From Promethearchaeota archaeon (GTDB lineage Archaea; Asgardarchaeota; Lokiarchaeia; Sigyniarchaeales; SOKP01), in assembly GCA_048938445.1 (NCBI GenBank), contig JBHLME010000087.1, positions 1 through 18,175 on the forward strand: a DNA stretch of 18,175 nt, read 5' to 3'. A program made the position numbers and the translations under genes. The notes under the pieces are model-generated. The model made no database searches and was not told where the DNA came from. It saw only the letters and a list, made by a program, of their open reading frames with translations. Positions 8,231 through 17,200 of this stretch are shown here, in pieces; the first letter of the stretch is position 1; each line of letters begins with the position of its first letter.

Positions 8231-8992
8231 GTGATAAAAAACTTGGAAGATCTCATTGATTTACCCCGGAACAAATTACCACGTCATGTGGGCATCATCC
8301 CAGACGGAAATCGTCGTTGGGCAAGACAAAATAAGGTAGATACAAAGATAGGACATATCACAGGATATGAAGCATTAAAAAACATAATATTGAATTTTTT
8401 TAACTTTGGTATTCACTATTTAAGTGTGTATTGCTTGTCTATTGAAAATGTAAGAAAGAGACCACCTGAAGAACTTAAATATATTTATAAAATAATTATG
8501 AAAGCCTGTGAAACCATTAAAAATGAGCCCCTAATAGTAGAAGAGAGGGTGAAGGTTAATGTTATCGGGAGAATTTCACTATTACCTAAGGATGTAAAAG
8601 AAACTTTAATAGATTTAATGGAATTTACAAAGGATCATGAGCAAAACTTTCTTAATTTATTAATAATGTATGATGGTCAAGAAGAGTTAATTGATGGGAT
8701 TAAAAAAATGCTTTATGAGAAAATGGATCCACGTGATATTACTCGTGACTCCATAAGAAATTATTTATACTCAAATGATATCCCTGAGTTCAATCCAGGT
8801 GCCATTCCTGAATTAGATTATATAATTAGAACAGGCATGGATGATGGCGCTAGAATATCAGGCTTTTTATTATGGGATGCCTCCTATGCCGAATTTAAGT
8901 TCAGGAATGATTATTGGCCAGATTATAATAAAACGTTATTAATTGAAGATTTAAAAGATTTTGTAGAAAGAAATAGAAGACTTGGAAAATAA
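8231..8992 (+). CDS. uppS: cis-prenyltransferase (polyprenyl diphosphate synthase, UppS family)
   Basis: 253 aa, GTG start. Motifs HVGIIPDGNRRWA, SIEN, IIRTG..RISGFLLW, YAE, WPD and C-terminal RRLG (RXG). Confidence 0.95.
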   Translation: MIKNLEDLIDLPRNKLPRHVGIIPDGNRRWARQNKVDTKIGHITGYEALKNIILNFFNFGIHYLSVYCLSIENVRKRPPEELKYIYKIIMKACETIKNEPLIVEERVKVNVIGRISLLPKDVKETLIDLMEFTKDHEQNFLNLLIMYDGQEELIDGIKKMLYEKMDPRDITRDSIRNYLYSNDIPEFNPGAIPELDYIIRTGMDDGARISGFLLWDASYAEFKFRNDYWPDYNKTLLIEDLKDFVERNRRLGK

Positions 8993-9087
8993 GTTTTAAT
9001 TGATAATTTCTAAATATTAGTTCAAAACTTTAATTTACAATAAGAACTATTATTAGCATAATTATATTAGATAAATTTGGATTATTT

Positions 9088-10881
9088 ATGAATGCTAAAG
9101 ATAAAAATACGAGTATGGCTATAAATATAAAACAATATCCAATGAATTTATTAATACCTTCCATTGATAATGTCATCACTTTCCAAGCTATTCATTATTT
9201 AAATAAAGAAAACCAGTTTCAATTCATCTTTCAAGGTGAAAACCTTGATATCCAGATTTCAGAAGATTTAAAAAATTTTATTAAATTTGCTCCTTCTGAG
9301 ACTAAAGAATTTTCTATAAAAGTTTTACCAACAGCAGATGGTAAAGGTAAACTTATCATTAATGCTTCCATAATAAAAGAAGTCCAACGAAAAGTAAAAG
9401 TAAAGAAAGTTCGAGCTTCAGTTCCAAGAAGTAGAATTAATGAAATATTTAATAAATATAGGATAGAATTTACTGAAACTATAGATCCATTTAATTTTCA
9501 AGATTATTTTTTCGAAATGAGTATGGATGAGATCTCAAATGCACAAAACCAAATAGATATTAATAGAAATAATGGAATTAATGTTGATGATGATTTAAAA
9601 AACCTAGCGAAAGCATATCTTTCAAATAAAAACCTTCAAAAAGCATTAGAAATTTGCTTGAATTTGTCAGATGATAATGAGAAATATAAATTTTATTATA
9701 GTTTCTTACGTGCTTATTCTTCAATAGATGTAGACACGATAATGCAAATCCTAAAAAATTTGAATGATATCAACATGAAGCATTTTTTAATAAAAAATAT
9801 TTCTTTAGAACTAGTAAAACAGGATCCAGAAAAAGCTAGTCAAATTGTACTATTAATTGATGACTCTGCTTATAAAATAAAGTTATTAACACAAATTATA
9901 GGACATACAATCCAGATAAATCCTGAAATTGCATTTAACTTATCTCATTTAATCAATGATGAATTGACATTAGCAGGATTATTAATTAACATAGCTAAAC
10001 ATTATCATGAAATTAATAATAAATCTGATTTGATTAAGACAATACGGCAAATTCTTAATATTTTCATTCATTCTCCTAAGATAAATTTGTCTGAAAACAA
10101 ATATCGAAATCGTTCTTATGAATTTCTGCTATACGTAATGCAGGGAATAGCTGAAGTTGAAGGTCCAGCCATTGTCAACTCGATTATTGAGGATTTACCA
10201 GACATAAAATTAAAAGAACAAATACATAAGAATATTGATGATACAATTTTTGAAATTGTAGAAGAGACTCAAATTTTTCATGAACCGACTCTTGTTTTTT
10301 CTCAATATTTTATATTCAATATTCTTTCATCAACAATTACAGAGGAATTAAAATATTTCTCATCAATTGGAGGTAATATGAGCAATAATCTGATTTTAAG
10401 GGAATTCAACTTTAGAAGTTTGATTATTTCATTATTTAGTTTTAATTTTAGCATTTATCCAATGTTGGAGAGACTATATAATGAGTTAAATCAATCAATC
10501 GCATATTATATTTTTCCATCCATTAATAATCATGATGAAACAGAAGTAAATGTGATTAATAAGACTATAAATAACTTCTTAGGTCTAAATAGAATCTCAA
10601 ATCAAATAAATGTCTATAATTTAGATTTTATACCTTATTTAGGGATACCTACAGTGATCATATCATCAGAAAGCAATATTTTACAAGATAAGATAAATAA
10701 AAGTCTTGGGAAATCTGTGAATTGTATCAATGATAATTCTTTTTTTCAAGGTGGGCGCTCCTTAGAGAATTTAAGAGGAAATTTGTCGTCTAATAACTTT
10801 AAAATCACAAATTTGATATTATCTTATGAATTTATAAATGATTTTAATGTATTTAAAAAACTCATACAAGCTATAATTTAA
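9088..10881 (+). CDS. Hypothetical multidomain protein (beta-rich N-terminus, helical-repeat middle, alpha/beta C-terminus)
   Basis: 597-aa open frame in AT-rich DNA that fills the space between neighbouring genes. No recognisable catalytic motif. An alternative start is the ATG at 9115. Confidence 0.8.
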   Translation: MNAKDKNTSMAINIKQYPMNLLIPSIDNVITFQAIHYLNKENQFQFIFQGENLDIQISEDLKNFIKFAPSETKEFSIKVLPTADGKGKLIINASIIKEVQRKVKVKKVRASVPRSRINEIFNKYRIEFTETIDPFNFQDYFFEMSMDEISNAQNQIDINRNNGINVDDDLKNLAKAYLSNKNLQKALEICLNLSDDNEKYKFYYSFLRAYSSIDVDTIMQILKNLNDINMKHFLIKNISLELVKQDPEKASQIVLLIDDSAYKIKLLTQIIGHTIQINPEIAFNLSHLINDELTLAGLLINIAKHYHEINNKSDLIKTIRQILNIFIHSPKINLSENKYRNRSYEFLLYVMQGIAEVEGPAIVNSIIEDLPDIKLKEQIHKNIDDTIFEIVEETQIFHEPTLVFSQYFIFNILSSTITEELKYFSSIGGNMSNNLILREFNFRSLIISLFSFNFSIYPMLERLYNELNQSIAYYIFPSINNHDETEVNVINKTINNFLGLNRISNQINVYNLDFIPYLGIPTVIISSESNILQDKINKSLGKSVNCINDNSFFQGGRSLENLRGNLSSNNFKITNLILSYEFINDFNVFKKLIQAII

Positions 10882-10928
10882 AAATTTGTAATTAGAAAAA
10901 TATAATAGATTGAATTTTAAATGAATTA

Positions 10929-10936
10929 TTATATAA
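10929..10936 (+). promoter_or_regulatory. Candidate TATA box for the ligase-amidohydrolase pair
   Basis: TTATATAA about 40 nt upstream of the ATG at 10977, with GGGGA just before the start. The AT-rich background weakens this call. Confidence 0.3.
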
Positions 10937-10976
10937 TGCAAATTAAGTAGAAAAACATTTGATGGGGATAATTTGA

Positions 10977-12674
10977 ATGGGTAAAGACAAAAAAAAAAAG
11001 AGTAAAAAGGATAAAAAAAGTAAAAAAGGTCATAGTCAATCTTCTGATATTTTTTCCAGAACTGCGGGAAAGGGTGTAAAAATGACGAGAGGACCTGTAT
11101 CAGGTGTTTCTTTAGGAGAATCAATTGATCGGTCTTCTGATAATTTATTTGTAGGTTCAGACTATCGAGAAGTATATAGTTGGGAGTATGAACGTTCATG
11201 GGTAGAAATTCTCTCTGATGTAGAACATTGGCATTTAATGCCTTTTACGCTTGGTATAGAACAAGAACTAATTGTTGCTGACAAGGATGGAAATTATCCT
11301 CCAGGTGATGAAATGGTTTTCCGAATGAGAGAAATAGTCAAGGATGCCATTAAAATGATGAAAAAAGTGTTATATGAAGGAAGAAGTGATTTTCCCCCAG
11401 TTCCTGATTATATTAGATCAAAAGTTACCGTACAACCATATGGAAAAGAGGATTTAGAAAAAGGTTATGTAATGGACATTAGATATAGATTACCCGAGGG
11501 TAATAATGTAAGTGAGGTTGATATTGATTGTTTTGGTCGTGATGGTAATGTTACAGCAATAACCTACATATTAGAGCTTGTCACTCCTCCTTGTGAATAT
11601 ATTGAGGAACTTGCATTTTGGGCATCAACTTTATTTTTATTAGCAAAAAATACTCTTCCAAAAGATCTTAATATTATTGCTTCGGGAATTAATCCTGTTG
11701 CCAGGGACTATACGAGAGGATTGACACAGGCAGATCATTTTCATATTGGTAGTTTTATTGGTGGTCCAGTAGAAAAAGCAATGGTTTATTGCATGATAAG
11801 AAATTTTATTCCGCATTTAATCGCACTTTCTGTAAATTCTCCAATAATTAACAATAAACCTACAGATGTAGTAAAAATTATCAATAATAGAATAACTGCG
11901 CCAAATTGTATAAGATCTTTAAGATTAAAATATAACGCTACAATGCTTTCACCTAATGAACCGAAAGGATTCCTTCCCTACTTAACTACTACAAATGAGA
12001 AAGGAGTCATAGAATTTCTTCAAGCAGTTCAGAAAGCAAGTTTAGAAGACGCTCGTATGGTTGATTGCTTTCCATTTACTGATTTTGGAACAATAGAGTT
12101 AAGAGTTTGTGATGCTCAGATCTCTATATGTCGAAGGATTGGAATGGCAATGATAATTCAAGCATTAGCATATAAGGCACGAAAATTACTAATGAATAAG
12201 AGATGGGTTCCAAATGCCGGTGCTGCAACAATTTCATTCAATAGAAAGGGAGCCTATGAAAGAGGTTTAATTTCTCTATTTAAACCAATAAATCTAACTC
12301 ATGAATATCTCTCTCAAAATGATCGTCATTTTGCAGAACAATATTTAGGACCAAAGAATGATCCCGTGCGTTACATGACCCAAGCGGTTCAAAGAATGTT
12401 TTTATACATTAAACCAGAATTGAAAGAACTTGGATATTTATACTCACCATTTCTAAAACCTCTTTTAATGAGTGTTTTTGGTCAAGTTTCATACGCTCTC
12501 GCCCCGATGAGTGAGGCAGAATATCAATTATCTTTATACGATTATAAAGTAAGAAATGGCGAGAATCCGAGTATTCTTAATGATCTAATTTATTTTACGG
12601 TAGAATATTGTAAGGATCCTATAAGTCATCCACTTACAGGAATCTTGACTCTTCCTAAAGAAATGCGAGATTAA
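10977..12674 (+). CDS. Glutamate-cysteine ligase family 2 / YbdK-like carboxylate-amine ligase
   Basis: 565 aa. Motifs FTLGIEQEL (GxExE), LELVTPPC, ASGINP, DHFHIG, PHLIALSVNSP and FGTIELRVCDAQ. Lys-rich N-terminal tail. Confidence 0.85.
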   Translation: MGKDKKKKSKKDKKSKKGHSQSSDIFSRTAGKGVKMTRGPVSGVSLGESIDRSSDNLFVGSDYREVYSWEYERSWVEILSDVEHWHLMPFTLGIEQELIVADKDGNYPPGDEMVFRMREIVKDAIKMMKKVLYEGRSDFPPVPDYIRSKVTVQPYGKEDLEKGYVMDIRYRLPEGNNVSEVDIDCFGRDGNVTAITYILELVTPPCEYIEELAFWASTLFLLAKNTLPKDLNIIASGINPVARDYTRGLTQADHFHIGSFIGGPVEKAMVYCMIRNFIPHLIALSVNSPIINNKPTDVVKIINNRITAPNCIRSLRLKYNATMLSPNEPKGFLPYLTTTNEKGVIEFLQAVQKASLEDARMVDCFPFTDFGTIELRVCDAQISICRRIGMAMIIQALAYKARKLLMNKRWVPNAGAATISFNRKGAYERGLISLFKPINLTHEYLSQNDRHFAEQYLGPKNDPVRYMTQAVQRMFLYIKPELKELGYLYSPFLKPLLMSVFGQVSYALAPMSEAEYQLSLYDYKVRNGENPSILNDLIYFTVEYCKDPISHPLTGILTLPKEMRD

Positions 12675-12706
12675 TAATAATAAAAAAAGAATAAATTAAT
12701 GAAAAG

Positions 12707-14251
12707 ATGTTAACAGCAACCATAGAACAAAATGGAAAAACAAGAATAGAACATATTTTTGTAATTGATTGCCATTCGCATTTAGGACAAGATGTAGATG
12801 GTGCGGCAATGATGAATCCCTTAGCTCCAGGAGGTACATTTGATTTTTGGGGAAATATTCAAGGAAAATTAAAAATGGAGTGGGATAAGAGTGGTGAACA
12901 ATCATTTAATACTACTTTAAATGGAAGTCATGCAAAAATATCTTGGGATTTTACTCCATTTCCATTCACAAATAAACTTTACACAGCATTAGAAAATTTA
13001 AAAAGTAGGCATTCAGATTTAAAGGAAAAATCTAAGTTTTATTCATTTATAGATCAATCTGTCTGTTTTCCTTTTCAAGATGTTTTTCGTGGGAAAAATG
13101 CGGAAGCCCTATATAGGGCAAGCAATTTAAATGTTTCAAGATTCGTCACGCGTTTTCCTTTTTCAATGAAATTGATTGGGTATGCTCGATGCGATCCAAT
13201 GGAAGGTCAGAAAGCAATTAATGAAGTAATTTATGCAAATGAAGTTTTAGGTCTTCGAGGATTAAAATTACATCCACGTTCAGAAGGATGGGTCGATAAT
13301 ATTAAATCAGAGAAAGTAATAAATGTATTAATTGAAGCCGCAAAACATTCAATGCCAATTATATTTGATACTCGAGGAAAGGGGTCTATTTTAGCAATTG
13401 GAGAACTAATAAAATCCACTCGAAATGTAATACAAAGCAAGCATCCAAGCTTATTACCTCATTTTAAAGTAATTATTGCTCACTTTGCTCAAGGAAATAT
13501 TGGAGATATAGAAGTTTATAATACTATTGTACAACCTAATACTTATGGAGACCTCTCAATGTTACATGGTGAAGGTGCGGGGAATTTTTTTAAAGATTTT
13601 AGAAAATGGTTTAATTCCAATAGGAAAGAACAAATAGATGGGCGTAAATGGTCAGAATATTTGTTATATGGTTCAGATTATCCTTACTTTGGAGATGTTC
13701 ATGCTTTTAAATTAATAATTTATATCATTAATAAATTATTTTTTGATTCGGGGGGAAATATTGAGGATGTAAGAAATATTTTAGGATTAAATCAATTAAA
13801 CATTTTACCCGAATATAACATACCTCAAATAACTAAAAATGCACAACAATTACCAAGTACGATAATTTCCAGCTTAGGTATGCAAGGAAATATGGGGAGC
13901 ACGTATGATATGGCTATAAATTCTTTGGCGAGATTATTAATAGAAAATAAAATCGATATTAAAAAGATCTGTCTCCAATTCGATAAATCTTGTGAGAAGA
14001 TAAATGATGCTGTCTTGTTAACCATGAATTCAATTAGTAAAAAAATAGACATTAATATATTATTAATTAATCTAATAAAAGATAAAATCTCTCTTATTGC
14101 ACCCATTAATCAGGAGGTTGCATGGAAAAAATTAGGATATAAATATTTTGATCCTGAAGATAGAAATTTATTTGCGTCATTATTTAAAACATGTTATTTA
14201 GCAACTGATCAAAACAAGCTAATAGAGTGTTTATCTCCAATTTATAGCTAG
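12707..14251 (+). CDS. Metal-dependent amidohydrolase (Amidohydro_2-like TIM barrel) with C-terminal extension
   Basis: 514 aa. Motifs IDCHSHLG (HxH), GLKLHP, VIIAH, YGDLS, LLYGSDYPY and ILGLN, followed by ~145 extra residues. Confidence 0.85.
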   Translation: MLTATIEQNGKTRIEHIFVIDCHSHLGQDVDGAAMMNPLAPGGTFDFWGNIQGKLKMEWDKSGEQSFNTTLNGSHAKISWDFTPFPFTNKLYTALENLKSRHSDLKEKSKFYSFIDQSVCFPFQDVFRGKNAEALYRASNLNVSRFVTRFPFSMKLIGYARCDPMEGQKAINEVIYANEVLGLRGLKLHPRSEGWVDNIKSEKVINVLIEAAKHSMPIIFDTRGKGSILAIGELIKSTRNVIQSKHPSLLPHFKVIIAHFAQGNIGDIEVYNTIVQPNTYGDLSMLHGEGAGNFFKDFRKWFNSNRKEQIDGRKWSEYLLYGSDYPYFGDVHAFKLIIYIINKLFFDSGGNIEDVRNILGLNQLNILPEYNIPQITKNAQQLPSTIISSLGMQGNMGSTYDMAINSLARLLIENKIDIKKICLQFDKSCEKINDAVLLTMNSISKKIDINILLINLIKDKISLIAPINQEVAWKKLGYKYFDPEDRNLFASLFKTCYLATDQNKLIECLSPIYS

Positions 14252-17200
14252 TAATCTTCAGAATTTTCCTTTTTTTCTTCAATAGGTAAAGTAAAGTAAA
14301 AAATCGCACCCTTATTTCGTCCTTCAGACTCTGCCCAGATTTTTCCACCATGCAATTCAACTAACTTTTTTGAAATATATAATCCTAAACCAGTTCCTTC
14401 AATTCCAAGATTCATACCTTGACCAAAACGTTCAATTTTACCAAATTGTGTAAAAAGCCTTTCTTTTTCAGCAGGTGTGATCCCTATACCATTATCTTCA
14501 ACTGAAATGATAACCTCATGATCATTTAATTGTGTTTTTACATGGATAACACCTTCTGGAGGTGTGTTTTTTATAGCATTCATTAACAAGTTTGATATTA
14601 CTTCATGAATTGTTTCCTTTTCAAAATTAGTCATAATATCATCTTCTATATCTACTAAGATTGTTTGATCTCTTTTTGCTGCTATGTCTAAGATTTCATT
14701 TACTGTAAATTTGATTAAAAAAGAGAGGTTATCGTATTTTTTATTTAATTTTAGTTTTCCAGATTCTAATTGTGAACCTTTCAATATATCTAAAATGATA
14801 TTTTCCAATCTTATACAACCTTGTTTCATATCTTTAACAATGGAAATAATTTTTGGATCTAATTTATCCTTATGTAGCTTCAATAATAGATCTGCGTTTC
14901 CTTTAATTGCGATTAAAGGGGTTTTTAATTCATGGGAAGTTCTTCTTAACAGATCTGTTTTTAATCTATTGATTTCTTTCAATTGTTCTTCAACTTTTTT
15001 ATACCATGAAATATCTCTGGCAATTAAGATTAGTTTTGTATCCCCTATTTTATCATAAAATGAGTTTCCTATTACATCAAGCCAAATATATTCGCCATTT
15101 TTAGCTATAAACCTTACTTGAGTTGTGGCTGAACCTGTTTGAAGTGCAAGCGTTATTTTTTTTAAACTTTGATCAATATCTTCTGGGTGGATTAAAGATA
15201 AATCTAAATCCCCTATCAAGTCTTCCTTATTATAACCTAATGTCTTTTTAAAAGCTTTTTCATTGATATATTCTATTTGTAAATGTTTATTAATGATAAT
15301 AATTAAATCATTTGCATTTTCAGAAATTACACGATATTTTAATTCTGATTCTTTTTGTTGGGTTATATCCATTATAGTGATAAAATTTGCTGGACGTCCT
15401 TCATAAATAATCGGTTTAGAGTAGAGTTCACACCAAGCTACATCACCAGATTTCTTGATTCCTTTAAATTGGTAATTATTGATATCCATATTTAATCCTA
15501 ATTCTCTTTCTTTAGCTTTTTCTTGTATCATTCTAATAAAATCTGGGTGAATTGTTTTTTTAATATATTCGCCGGCCTCCCAGTTAAGCATTTCTTCTAC
15601 AGAATAACCGGTTAAATCAGATAATCGTTGGTTTATGTATTTATATTTATTATCTTGCATTATAATAATTGCTGCTATTGACTGCTCTGCAAGATTCCTA
15701 AATTTTTCTTCTGACTCTCTTAATTTTTCTTCAGCTAATATACGTTCAGTAATATCCCTTGATACCAAGATATATCCTCGTTTCCCTTCAGGATCTACGT
15801 AATTTTTTGCTCTCACGTCCATCCACATGAGCTTTCCTAATTTATTTTTTATTCTAAATATTTTAGATGTTTCTCCCTTTTCAAGAAGTTCCTTCAAACT
15901 TAATTTTACTTTTTTCTTGTCATCTGGATAAATAAATTCATAAATGCTTTTACCTTCGAATTCATCGAGGGTATAACCATAGAGAGAGAACTTTAATTCG
16001 TTAGTATACATGAGCCTTAATTTTTCATCTAGTATAGTTATATTATCCGTGATGTTCTCAGTAATAAAGCGATATTTCTCTTCAGATCGTTTTAATTCTT
16101 CTTCTGCTAAGATACGTTCAGTAATATCCCTTGAAACCAAGAGGTACCTTAATTCTCCATCAGAATCATAGAAGATTTTTCCCCTCACATCCATCCAAAG
16201 ATAATTCCCTTCTTTATGTTTCATTCTATAGATTCCAGAGCTTTCTTTCTTTTTTGCCATATCTTTTAAAACTTGAATTGCTTTGTCTTTATCATCTGGA
16301 TGTATGTAATCAAGTGGGTTTTTATTAATAATCTCATCTACAGTAAAGCCTGAGATCTTTTCTTGACTCTCATTAGCAAATAATAATCTTAATTTTTCGT
16401 CAAATACAGCAACATTATCATCAATATTTTCAGTAATAAAGCGATATTTCTCTTCGGATCGTTTTAATTCTTCCTCGGCTTTTTTTTTATCTTCAATAAC
16501 TTGAATGATAATTTGTAATAAATTTTCATCACCTAAATTTACTAAAGAACCGCTATAATGCACCCAAATAAGGCTCCCTTCCTTATTATAAAGTTGGATC
16601 TCTCTTTCAGCGATTTTTCCTTTAATTAATTTTTTAAAATCTTCTATTACTTCTGGAACATATTTTTTTGGAACTCCAGTTACATCTAAAAAGAACTTTC
16701 CTATCAATTCATTTTTTTGAAATCCAGAAAATTGTTCAGAAATAGAATTACAATCTATTATTACACCATTCATGTTCATTATGAGCACAGCATTTGGAGA
16801 ACTATCAAATAAGCTCCTATATTTTTCTTCCGATTCTCTTAATTTTTCTTCAAAGAGCATCCGATCAACTGCGGTACCTATTTCTTGTCCCATAGCTAGA
16901 AATAAATCACTTTCGAATTTTGAAAATTTATAGCGATTTTTTGAAATTAAACTGAGGATTCCTATAATAGAATCTTTTTTAATTATTGGCACGCTAGCTA
17001 TTGATGAAATTCCTAATTCTTTAAATAGTATAGGTGCTTCTAGTGTTTCATTTTCGATAAATATAGGTGTTTTTTTAGAAAATAGAGGTTTGAAATAATC
17101 ATCATCATATTGATAGTCTTTTATCTCATTCAAAATATCTATAGGAATTCCTTCTTGAATAAAGGTCTTATAATTATCTGGATTTTTACCTAATAAATGA

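Noticed and set aside
15730-16473. Repeats as a CRISPR array or mobile element ends
   Set aside because: Only two copies, in frame, with a 372-nt period inside a PAS array; no cas or transposase genes are present.
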